Below, one piece after another: positions 55,653 through 63,653 of a DNA stretch of 64,000 nt; position 1 is the stretch's first letter, and the number at the start of each line of letters is the position of its first letter. The notes below the pieces were generated by a model, which ran no database searches, had not been told where the DNA came from, and was given only the letters and a program-made list of their open reading frames with translations. This stretch comes from Nitrospirota bacterium (lineage in GTDB: Bacteria; Nitrospirota; Thermodesulfovibrionia; Thermodesulfovibrionales; UBA9159), in contig JAJYIF010000018.1 of assembly GCA_021790195.1 (NCBI GenBank), forward strand, positions 9,446 to 73,445, in the 5' to 3' direction. Position numbers and translations under genes: made by a program.

Positions 55653-55678
55653 CCGCGATTGGGTGAAAACAATCGCGG
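55653..55678. promoter_or_regulatory. Perfect 9-bp inverted repeat just upstream of a sigma54 promoter
   Basis: CCGCGATTG-ggtgaaaa-CAATCGCGG. Confidence 0.35.
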
Positions 55679-55706
55679 CCTGACCGGGCAAATGCTCAGG
55701 TCATGA

Positions 55707-55722
55707 TGGCATGGCGGTTGCA
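55707..55722 (+). promoter_or_regulatory. Sigma54 (-24/-12) promoter upstream of the large multiheme lipoprotein gene
   Basis: TGGCATggcggTTGCA matches TGGCAC-N5-TTGCW at nearly all conserved positions; 177 nt upstream of ATG 55899. Confidence 0.6.
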
Positions 55723-55898
55723 GTTAGCGAGATGAAGACATTTAAATAAGGGGGTGGTGGAGAGGTGATTGTTGCAGTAGCTGTCAACTCTGATCCGTAA
55801 TGTTTATTCAAAACAACAAATGATCTTGTCATTATCAATCTGAGTGTGTGTTTATTGTTGAATTTTTTATGACAAACCAACAGAAAGAGGAGGAAGAA

Positions 55899-58739
55899 AT
55901 GAAGCAATGTTCTGTTTCAGGCATTAAGCTTTTCGTGTTAGCAGTCTTGGTTCTTTCGGCTTTTTCTCTTATGTTAGGTTGTAGCGGTGACGCCGGCTCT
56001 ACGGGTCCCGCGGGTCCCGCAGGACCTTCTGGTCCAGCGGCGCCCACTACAGGAACTATTTCCGGGACCGTGACGACATCCACGGGTGTTGCCCTTGAAG
56101 GCATTCAGGTGAGCGCTTTCAGCAACAAGACGGTCTCAAAGGTCGCCTCAGACAGCGCTGAGAATTATAGGCAGGCTATGGCCCTTCAGGCGAGTGCTAC
56201 CCCGGTTGCAACGGCGACCACCGACAGCAGCGGTAACTACTCAATGAACAACGTGCCGCCGGGTAGTTGCACTATAAACTTTTTCGATCCTAACGGCCAT
56301 TTCACAATAGGGTCTATAAACAATGTTCAGGTGATAGCCGGCTCTTCGATCATAGCAAACGCCGGCATGGGAAGCGCAACGCCTGTGACCGAGTCGGCCG
56401 GCGGTCAGACTTCGGTCGCAGTGGCGAGCTCCGACAATGAAGTGGGATATGGCAACACGATATCTCTTACCGCATCCGCCACAAGTCCGATATCCGGAGC
56501 TACGTTGACTTATACATGGTCAGGGGCGACGCAAGGCAGCACTCCTACAACCGCTACCGCGACCATGCCTACCCTTGCCAAGGCTATGGGCGGCACTCCC
56601 GCGCCGTCAAACGACCCCGGAGGATATGTAGCTCCGCAGCCGATGGAAAACCGTTTCGGAGTGCTCCCTACGACCGCAGACACGCGCGGCACCGCAAGTC
56701 CTAATGTTACCGTGACCGACGGTATGGGCGGCTCGGTATCCGTCACAGTTACGCTCTACGCAACCGGCGTCCAGCCCGGGGTTATGGATGTCGCTATAGG
56801 CGTCCCCGTCTATCTCAACAGCGGTCACGACAGCGGTAATTCCTGGTCGATGACCGTTCCTACCGGCTCATCGGCGACCCTTTTCAACGCCAATACGCGG
56901 AACGCGTGGTTTAAGCCCGATATCACCGGCAAATATACGTTAACGGAAGGCTCCAACTCAATGGCTATATATGCCGGCAAATGGGTTGGAGTCATAGCAA
57001 ACGGCGGTTATGTTACAAAGACCGTCACGGCGGACGAGGTCGGGATATGGGCCGGCGCAGCAGGAACATATACCAACTGGCCTTTTGTCACGCCTGATTC
57101 AGGCTGCACGACATGCCATCTGAACAATGTTGTAGTCAACGGCCTGACGGCCGTCGATGAGTTCACGCCGTGGGCCCAGACCGCGCACGCCACGTTCTTC
57201 TCCCGCGGATTGGAAGGAATTACGTCTAATAACGGCACTTGTCTCACCTGCCACACCGTCGGCTACGATCTGTCGCCGAGCGCCGTCAATGACGGTTTCG
57301 ACGACATGGCCAAGTTCGAGAACTTCATCTATGCAAAGACTAGCACTACCAACCCTAACGCCTGGCAGAACATGCTGATCAAGGCCCCGAGGACCGCGAA
57401 GGTCTCGAATATACAGTGCGAGAACTGTCATGGTCCGCAGGACACCGGACCTAACGGCGCACATATCTCGGGGCTGTCCGGAGGGACCTCCGGCGCCGTC
57501 GGAGGAACAAGGGTCAACTATTCTGCGGAGGTATGCGCTACGTGTCACGCCTCCGGCACCGGACATCACTTCTATTCGGAGTGGGTTAATTCCATCAATC
57601 CGGAGTCTAGTTCGGCCAATAAGGGCCACTCCCATCTGGGGCAGATCGATGCCACCGGTTATAGCGGTCACGCACAGTCGACCAACGTCTCATGTTCGAG
57701 GTGCCACACGGCAGAGGGATTCACAGCATATGTTGACCAGCTTTCAGCCGGCAATCCGGCGGTGCTTCCTTCAGACGCCATCGTATGGACCAAGAACAAC
57801 GCGCATGTACAGACCTGCACAGGGTGTCATGACCCGCATGACGATACGAACCCGAACCAGCTGCGTCTGTATGATTCGATACCGATGACCATGGCCGGTT
57901 TCGGCGTATCCGGTATGGGGAAGGGAGCTGTTTGTGTGGCCTGTCATAATATCAGGAATGGTGTACAGTGCAACCTGCCTCTGACCTCTGTGGGCACATG
58001 TCCGAGCGGCGGCGTTCAGAGCGGCGCGCCTTTCCTTCACGAGGACAACGATCCTGTTGCTGCTACTTATATGGATACTCCTCATGACAACGCCTCCGCC
58101 GACGTCTTCATGGGCCGCAACGCCTTCTTTGTGAGCGGACTTCCGATGCTTTCGAAGCATGCCGCAGTCGAAGATACCTGCGTGGGCTGTCACATGACGA
58201 ACCAGCCGGCGACTCATCTGTCTCACGGAGCAACTGCTGTCAGCTCCCATCAATTCTATATTCTGGACTCGGACAGGAAGATGTCCACTATTCTTCCCGG
58301 ACGCCTTGGTCCGAATGGCGTCGCTTTCTGTGCGAACTGCCACAGCACCAGCGTTGACGGCGAGGCGCTGGTTACAACTGTCGAAAACAGTCTCGCGACT
58401 CTTGCGGATAAGATGGCGGCCAATCTTAAGTCCAGGGTATTAGGAACGACCATCTACGTCGGCAGTAGCCACACTGCGGTCGCGGTAAGCGACTCGACGG
58501 TCGTGACCTTGCCTGAAGACTCGACGAACTTCAGTTTCACTAACGGCTCGACAACGGTTTCAGGCGGTCTTTCTACCATAACCACCGATTCTGCCGGCAC
58601 TACGCTGGTGTTCAGTACGAACGACATATTGAAGAAGGGCCTGTGGAACTACATACTCATCTACAGAGACCAGAGCAAGGGCATCCACAACCCGACCTTT
58701 GTCAATACGGTTCTGAGCAATACGCTCGCTCAGTTCTGA
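55899..58739 (+). CDS. Large multiheme c-type cytochrome lipoprotein (9 CxxCH) with collagen-like linker and CarboxypepD_reg-like domain
   Basis: Start at ATG 55899 after AGAGGAGG; lipobox MLGC; GPAGPAGPSGP; TGTISGTVTT...SGNYSMNNVPPGSC; CTTCH, CLTCH, CENCH, CATCH, CSRCH, CTGCH, CVACH, CVGCH, CANCH. Confidence 0.8.
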   Translation: MKQCSVSGIKLFVLAVLVLSAFSLMLGCSGDAGSTGPAGPAGPSGPAAPTTGTISGTVTTSTGVALEGIQVSAFSNKTVSKVASDSAENYRQAMALQASATPVATATTDSSGNYSMNNVPPGSCTINFFDPNGHFTIGSINNVQVIAGSSIIANAGMGSATPVTESAGGQTSVAVASSDNEVGYGNTISLTASATSPISGATLTYTWSGATQGSTPTTATATMPTLAKAMGGTPAPSNDPGGYVAPQPMENRFGVLPTTADTRGTASPNVTVTDGMGGSVSVTVTLYATGVQPGVMDVAIGVPVYLNSGHDSGNSWSMTVPTGSSATLFNANTRNAWFKPDITGKYTLTEGSNSMAIYAGKWVGVIANGGYVTKTVTADEVGIWAGAAGTYTNWPFVTPDSGCTTCHLNNVVVNGLTAVDEFTPWAQTAHATFFSRGLEGITSNNGTCLTCHTVGYDLSPSAVNDGFDDMAKFENFIYAKTSTTNPNAWQNMLIKAPRTAKVSNIQCENCHGPQDTGPNGAHISGLSGGTSGAVGGTRVNYSAEVCATCHASGTGHHFYSEWVNSINPESSSANKGHSHLGQIDATGYSGHAQSTNVSCSRCHTAEGFTAYVDQLSAGNPAVLPSDAIVWTKNNAHVQTCTGCHDPHDDTNPNQLRLYDSIPMTMAGFGVSGMGKGAVCVACHNIRNGVQCNLPLTSVGTCPSGGVQSGAPFLHEDNDPVAATYMDTPHDNASADVFMGRNAFFVSGLPMLSKHAAVEDTCVGCHMTNQPATHLSHGATAVSSHQFYILDSDRKMSTILPGRLGPNGVAFCANCHSTSVDGEALVTTVENSLATLADKMAANLKSRVLGTTIYVGSSHTAVAVSDSTVVTLPEDSTNFSFTNGSTTVSGGLSTITTDSAGTTLVFSTNDILKKGLWNYILIYRDQSKGIHNPTFVNTVLSNTLAQF

Positions 58740-58767
58740 CAGTGGGCCGTAGTTTGTAATCTCGTCC

Positions 58768-58805
58768 GGTTTACCGGCGGACACTGACAAGTCCGCCGGT
58801 AAACC
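58768..58805 (+). terminator. Strong hairpin after the large cytochrome gene
   Basis: GGTTTACCGGCGGAC-actgacaa-GTCCGCCGGTAAACC (15-bp perfect stem) followed by tgttctgctg. Confidence 0.6.
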
Positions 58806-58869
58806 TGTTCTGCTGTAGGAGGAGCATTTGCCGCTCCTTCGAATCGATCTAAACGCTTGACAAAAATTC

Positions 58870-58898
58870 TTGACAGCGAAGACGATTGTCCATATACT
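58870..58898 (+). promoter_or_regulatory. Near-consensus sigma70 promoter for the beta-barrel and periplasmic cytochrome genes
   Basis: TTGACA (58870-58875), 17 bp, TATACT (58893-58898). Confidence 0.55.
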
Positions 58899-58919
58899 TT
58901 TTGCTATGTTGTACATTTG

Positions 58920-60269
58920 ATGAATAAACGCGTAATGAAAGGGGGGAGCTGTTTGAAAAGAAACCGATTGTTGCTTGGAAGAGAGGGCAGGCCGCAGTTA
59001 TTGCGGATGGTAATTATGATTGCGGCGCTTCTTGGTCTTCAGTCATTTTTTCCGCCTGCCTCTTCGGCGCTCACTCTTAACGGAGAGTCGAACACTTATC
59101 TGAGTTTCAGGGAGACCGCGGACAAGAGTAAAATCGTTCCCCTCTATGAATATCTCGACCTGTCTCTCGACAACATAGGCGACAACAGGGTCTCTTTCCA
59201 TTCAAGCGGATGGGGGAAGGCGGATTTGGGGGACGAAAGCTATGGCAAGAGATACGACGCCGACCTTTTGTACGCATACCTGAGTTTCAAGAACGATAAG
59301 AACAATACCACAATCAATCTGGGAAGGGTCCTTGTCTTTGAAGGCGTTGCTGCGGAAAAGGTCGACGGCTTTTACGCAAGGACCGACATAAAGTACGGTT
59401 TCGGCGCTTCCGCGTATGTAGGGAGGCCTGTCGAGACCGAGTCTAACGGCGTTTCAGGCGATCTTATTTACGGCGGAAGGCTGTCTTACGAAATCCCTTC
59501 CATCGTTGTCCTGGGGGCATCATATCTCAAGGAGAACAGCGGCAGCTCCGATTTCAGGGAGGAGGAAGGCGCGGACATATGGCTCAACCCCGTGAGACAA
59601 GTGGTCATAACCGGAAGGTCTTCGTACAATTCGATGACAAACGGCTGGATGGAGCACACCTATTTCCTTTCCTTGGGGCCGTTCAGTAATCTCAGGCTGA
59701 ACTCAGAGGTATCGTGGATAAGCTACAAGGATTACTTCTCGTCTGCTACCACCGACGTTTTCAAACTGATGACGGGCATCCTGGACCCGGCTGAGAAGGT
59801 CCTTATACTAGGCCAGGAGGCCGCATATTCCATAAACGAAAATTTGACCGCCTCGGCCGACTACAAACATTACGATTATGATCTGGCTGGAAACGCGAAT
59901 TATTATGGAGGCAAGCTTTCTTACGCTGTCCTGGGGAAAGGGGGCGCCGGAGTTTCCTTTCACCGGATGAGCGGCGCCACAGACAAGCTGAGATATAACG
60001 AGTACAGGGTTTATGGTTTTAAGAAATTCGGCAGGGCTGATCTTACGCTTGACTTCCTCGACGTTGACTACGACAGCGAAATAGACGGCATGAAGAATAC
60101 CTATGCGGCTTCATTAGCCATAGGCTATAATTTCAGCAACAAAGTGAAGACTGTCGCCGACGTGGATTATTCCCGCAATCCCAATTTTAACAGGGACGTA
60201 AGAACGTTTCTGAGTCTTGTCTGGCAGTTCGATTCCGCGTTCGGCGGAGAAACAAAGGGGGTAAGATGA
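58920..60269 (+). CDS. Predicted outer-membrane beta-barrel (porin-like) protein
   Basis: Signal peptide (...IAALLGLQSFFPPASSA); alternating-hydrophobicity strands rich in Y/G/S/N; near-C-terminal RTFLSLVWQF; start uncertain (ATG 58920, ATG 58935 or TTG 58953). Confidence 0.5.
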   Translation: MNKRVMKGGSCLKRNRLLLGREGRPQLLRMVIMIAALLGLQSFFPPASSALTLNGESNTYLSFRETADKSKIVPLYEYLDLSLDNIGDNRVSFHSSGWGKADLGDESYGKRYDADLLYAYLSFKNDKNNTTINLGRVLVFEGVAAEKVDGFYARTDIKYGFGASAYVGRPVETESNGVSGDLIYGGRLSYEIPSIVVLGASYLKENSGSSDFREEEGADIWLNPVRQVVITGRSSYNSMTNGWMEHTYFLSLGPFSNLRLNSEVSWISYKDYFSSATTDVFKLMTGILDPAEKVLILGQEAAYSINENLTASADYKHYDYDLAGNANYYGGKLSYAVLGKGGAGVSFHRMSGATDKLRYNEYRVYGFKKFGRADLTLDFLDVDYDSEIDGMKNTYAASLAIGYNFSNKVKTVADVDYSRNPNFNRDVRTFLSLVWQFDSAFGGETKGVR

Positions 60270-60712
60270 AACACATGAAGACGATGACACTTGCGGCGCT
60301 CCTGGCTGTTTCTTTATTAAGTGTTTACTCTTGCGCCGGCACAAACAGTCTGGCGAAGACGCATCCGGTCGAGATCAAGGAGCTTGCTGAAGCTGTCTGC
60401 AGCAATTGTCATACTAATGAATGGGCCGCCTTTGACCATGTGGGCGACTTCCTGACGAGACATAAGGCTTTTGCGGCCCAGAAGAAGCAAGCTTGCGAAG
60501 TCTGTCATGCCGAGTCCTTTTGCACGGACTGCCATGCCAGCAAGGCCGGACTAAGCCCGAGCGACAGGTATAAGGACTCCCCGGAGATCTCCTATCCCCA
60601 CAGGGGAGATTATCTGACCCAGCACATGATCGACGGCCGGGTCAACCCGGCCCTCTGCATGAAGTGCCACGGCCGCCAGAACAATGAGAGGTGCAGAGCA
60701 TGCCACAAATGA
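60266..60712 (+). CDS. Small multiheme c-type cytochrome (5 CxxCH), probable lipoprotein
   Basis: 148 aa; VYSC lipobox-like; CSNCH, CEVCH, CTDCH, CMKCH, CRACH; ATGA overlap with the barrel gene. Confidence 0.8.
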   Translation: MKHMKTMTLAALLAVSLLSVYSCAGTNSLAKTHPVEIKELAEAVCSNCHTNEWAAFDHVGDFLTRHKAFAAQKKQACEVCHAESFCTDCHASKAGLSPSDRYKDSPEISYPHRGDYLTQHMIDGRVNPALCMKCHGRQNNERCRACHK

Positions 60713-61635
60713 ACAGAATGCTGATATCGGTTTTTTTTCTCTTCCTGGGACTTGTTCTGTTGGGCGGCTGCGGCAGTTCACCCAACTCGTCGTCTACAAC
60801 GGTCAGCCCGGTCCAGGCGGCACATCCGGCAGGCTGGCTCCCTGCGGGGCATGTCGCAGCCGCGGAATCAAGCTTGTCGTCCTGCACCCAGTGCCATGGC
60901 AGCGATTTTTCGGGAGGGATTTCGACGGTTGCCTGCACCAAGTGCCACCTGGGCAATGAGCAAGTCATCCATCCTCTCGATTGGGACAATCTTGTGGGGA
61001 CAAAACACGCGGAATATGTCAGGAGCAAAGGCGACTCTGCCTGTTCAAATATATATTGTCATGGCGCGGACTTGAACGGGGTGTCCGGCAGCGGCCCGTC
61101 GTGTTCGAGCTGTCACCTTGGCGGCAAGGGTTCAGTTCATCCTCAGGATTGGGGATCGCTTGCCTATTCGAAGCACTCTGCCTATGTGGCCCAATATGGA
61201 ACAGCAGCCTGCTCGAACGTGGTCTGTCACGGCGCGGACCTGAGCGGAGTGACCGACAGCGGCCCGTCGTGTTCCAGTTGTCATCTCGGCGGGCCGAACT
61301 CTGTTCATCCCCAGGACTGGGGGGCTTTGACTTACGTAAGACACATGGCCTATGTCTCCCAGAACGGAACAGCGTCCTGTGCCAACGGCGTTTGCCATGG
61401 CGCGGACCTGAGCGGAGTGACCGACAGCGGACCGTCGTGTTCCAGCTGTCACCTCGGCGGGCCAAGCTCTGTTCATCCCCCTGACTGGGCAAGTGATTTC
61501 CTGCAGCACGGCACGTATGTAAATACTAACGGTGCAGGCTCTTGCAGAAATGCAGTCTGCCACGGACCGGACCTGCAGGGAGTTGCGGCAAGCGGGCAGA
61601 GCTGTTTCCTTTGCCATCAATTTTCCATTCCATAA
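60709..61635 (+). CDS. Repeat-built multiheme cytochrome lipoprotein: CxxxxCH...CxxCH modules (10 heme motifs)
   Basis: ATGA-coupled start MNRMLISVFF; lipobox LGGC; CTQCH, CTKCH, then four units each with CSNIYCH/CSNVVCH/CANGVCH/CRNAVCH plus CSSCH/CSSCH/CSSCH/CFLCH. Confidence 0.8.
   Translation: MNRMLISVFFLFLGLVLLGGCGSSPNSSSTTVSPVQAAHPAGWLPAGHVAAAESSLSSCTQCHGSDFSGGISTVACTKCHLGNEQVIHPLDWDNLVGTKHAEYVRSKGDSACSNIYCHGADLNGVSGSGPSCSSCHLGGKGSVHPQDWGSLAYSKHSAYVAQYGTAACSNVVCHGADLSGVTDSGPSCSSCHLGGPNSVHPQDWGALTYVRHMAYVSQNGTASCANGVCHGADLSGVTDSGPSCSSCHLGGPSSVHPPDWASDFLQHGTYVNTNGAGSCRNAVCHGPDLQGVAASGQSCFLCHQFSIP
60967..61635 (+). repeat. Tandem 168-bp (56-codon) coding repeats, about 4 units
   Basis: Equivalent CAT (His of VHPxDW) codons at 60970, 61138, 61306, 61474, i.e. 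an exact 168-bp period; units 2 and 3 nearly identical in protein. Confidence 0.85.
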
Positions 61636-61650
61636 GTGGGATAGTGTGTA

Positions 61651-61695
61651 AAGGTGGATTGAAGTACGGAAGATCTCCGGACTTCAGTCCACCTT
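61651..61695 (+). terminator. Long hairpin plus T-rich tail after the cytochrome operon
   Basis: AAGGTGGATTGAAGT ... ACTTCAGTCCACCTT followed by ctttgtc. Confidence 0.55.
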
Positions 61696-61820
61696 CTTTG
61701 TCGGAGTTGAAGGTCCTCATAGGGTCACTTATGAAGTATATTGACTTTAAAATGATGCATCAGTTAGTCTAAACGCAATCTTTTTCCCTCTTGATCATGG
61801 TACAACATTTCACACTGTAG

Positions 61821-62414
61821 ATGGCCTGGATGAAAGACAAGATACTCAAAGCCTTTGAAGAGAGCATCAGCGTAAAAGACAGATTCGCAAAGGAGAGCGT
61901 CGAGACTATAGTCGAGGCGGCGAGACTTATTGCCGATGCCTTCAATGACGGCAGAAAGCTGCTGCTTTTCGGCAACGGGGGAAGCGCGACGGATGCCTCT
62001 CACATAGCCGCAGAGTTCGTGAACCGTTTCAAGAGAGAGAGGCCCGGGCTTCCGGCCATTGCCCTCAACACCGATATGGCTGTCATAACTTCGATAGCCA
62101 ACGACTATGACTACTCGGAGATTTTTGCGAGGCAGCTTAAGTCGATCTCGGAAGAGGGGGATGTTATAATCGCGATCAGCACGAGCGGCGGCTCGAACAA
62201 TATTTTGAAGGCCATGGATGTCGCTAAGCGAAGAAAACTCAGGACCATTGTTTTTACAGGGACCAAGGGAGAAAAGCTGGCCTCTAAAGCAGAATATGCC
62301 TTCATTGTGCCTTCAGATAACACCCCGCGGATACAGGAGACGCATATTACCCTCGGTCATGTCCTCTGCCAGATGGTGGAAGAGATACTCTTTGAGTCCC
62401 CGAGGAAGAGATGA
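61821..62414 (+). CDS. gmhA: D-sedoheptulose-7-phosphate isomerase (SIS domain)
   Basis: 197 aa; LLLFGNGGSATDASHIAAEF, AISTSGGS motifs. Confidence 0.8.
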   Translation: MAWMKDKILKAFEESISVKDRFAKESVETIVEAARLIADAFNDGRKLLLFGNGGSATDASHIAAEFVNRFKRERPGLPAIALNTDMAVITSIANDYDYSEIFARQLKSISEEGDVIIAISTSGGSNNILKAMDVAKRRKLRTIVFTGTKGEKLASKAEYAFIVPSDNTPRIQETHITLGHVLCQMVEEILFESPRKR

Positions 62415-62456
62415 TCGGGCCTTCGTAAAGTCCGTCTTTCTGCAGGGGCCGCGAGA

Positions 62457-62960
62457 ATGATAATACTTGGTATGGACCCGGGATTGGCAAACACGGGGTT
62501 TGGGGCCATCAGGTGCGAAAGAAAGGTCTCCTCACTGCTGAGATGCGGGTATATCAGGACCTCGCCGAGGGAGCACGTCTCCAAGAGACTCTGCCAGATC
62601 CATTCCGATTTGAACTATCTGATGCGGACGCTGCGGCCCGACCTTGTGGCCATAGAGAATGTGTTCTCTCTTGTAAGATATCCGAGGGCCGGGATATTGT
62701 TGGGGGGCGTTATGGGCGTCATCTATCTGTCTGCTTCCCAGAATAGCGTGCCCATGACCGAAATCACGACAAGAGAGGTGAAGAACGCCCTGGTCGGATA
62801 TGGTGCGGCCGATAAGGGACAGGTGAAAAAAGCGGTCAAGAAGCTCCTGAATATTTCCGAGGTCAAGTCCTTCCACGCTTCCGATGCACTTGCGGTCGCG
62901 CTGGCGGCTTTTTACAGAAACCCGGAAAAGACGATCCACCACAGAGGAATAGATGAATGA
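62457..62960 (+). CDS. ruvC: Holliday junction resolvase RuvC
   Basis: 167 aa; ILGMDPGLANTGFG start, C-terminal HASDALAVAL. Confidence 0.9.
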   Translation: MIILGMDPGLANTGFGAIRCERKVSSLLRCGYIRTSPREHVSKRLCQIHSDLNYLMRTLRPDLVAIENVFSLVRYPRAGILLGGVMGVIYLSASQNSVPMTEITTREVKNALVGYGAADKGQVKKAVKKLLNISEVKSFHASDALAVALAAFYRNPEKTIHHRGIDE

Positions 62961-63035
62961 AGACAGAGAAGCGAAGAAGGGGAACTCCTTGATTTCACGA
63001 TTTGGAATTTGCATTGTTCCTATAAAGGAGGCGCT

Positions 63036-63653
63036 ATGATCTCCTATCTGAAAGGCACATTGAAAATCAACCGCGCGTATGAGGACAGGATCACCCTTGT
63101 TGTAAACGGAATAGGGTACGATATCCTGATTCCTGCATATGCAATGAACAGGCTCAAGGGCAGGGCCGACGGAGAAGAGCTTGAGCTATATGTTTCGTTC
63201 AATCAGACCGAAAGGCAGCCCAAGCCCGTGCTCGTGGGGTTCGAGTCTTCGCTTGACAAGGAATTCTTCGAGCTCTTTATATCTGTCGAGGACATCGGCC
63301 CGACCGCGGCCATAAGGGCACTGACGAAGCCTGTCAGGGAGATCGCCGGGTTTATTGAAGAAAAAGATGCCAAGGCCTTGAGGGGATTGAAGGGCATCGG
63401 CGAGAGAAAGGCCGAAAAGATTATAGCTGCGCTCAAGGGAAAGGTGGCGAAATACGCTCTTATGCAGGAAGTTGAAGTTGCCGCAGGTGTGGCTGAGGAC
63501 TTCAGGAAAGAGGTAGAAGATGTGCTTGTGAATCAATTGGGGCATAAGCCGGCGGAGGCGCGCAAGATGATAGAAGAGGCGATGAAGAGGGACCCGCGCA
63601 TAGTCTCCTCCGGGGAATTATTCGAGGAAGTCTACAGGGGCCAGAGGCAGTGA
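63036..63653 (+). CDS. ruvA: Holliday junction branch migration complex subunit RuvA
   Basis: Start at ATG 63036 (AAGGAGG upstream); MISYLKGTL, HhH motif [11 protein letters not shown]. Confidence 0.9.
   Translation: MISYLKGTLKINRAYEDRITLVVNGIGYDILIPAYAMNRLKGRADGEELELYVSFNQTERQPKPVLVGFESSLDKEFFELFISVEDIGPTAAIRALTKPVREIAGFIEEKDAKALRGLKGIGERKAEKIIAALKGKVAKYALMQEVEVAAGVAEDFRKEVEDVLVNQLGHKPAEARKMIEEAMKRDPRIVSSGELFEEVYRGQRQ

Noticed and set aside
55401-55898. Possible c-di-GMP/cGAMP (GEMM-type) riboswitch in the long leader, as found upstream of Geobacter cytochrome genes
   Set aside because: Only a GGGCAAA fragment is present. The second conserved element (ACGCAAAGC-like) and the paired hairpin architecture were not found by eye. 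A covariance-model scan would be needed to revisit this.
60752-61492. Several 100-167-aa ORFs in alternate frames and on the opposite strand over the cytochrome repeats
   Set aside because: Their internal repetition mirrors the 168-bp DNA repeat. Only the CxxxxCH/CxxCH frame gives a coherent lipoprotein with heme motifs.
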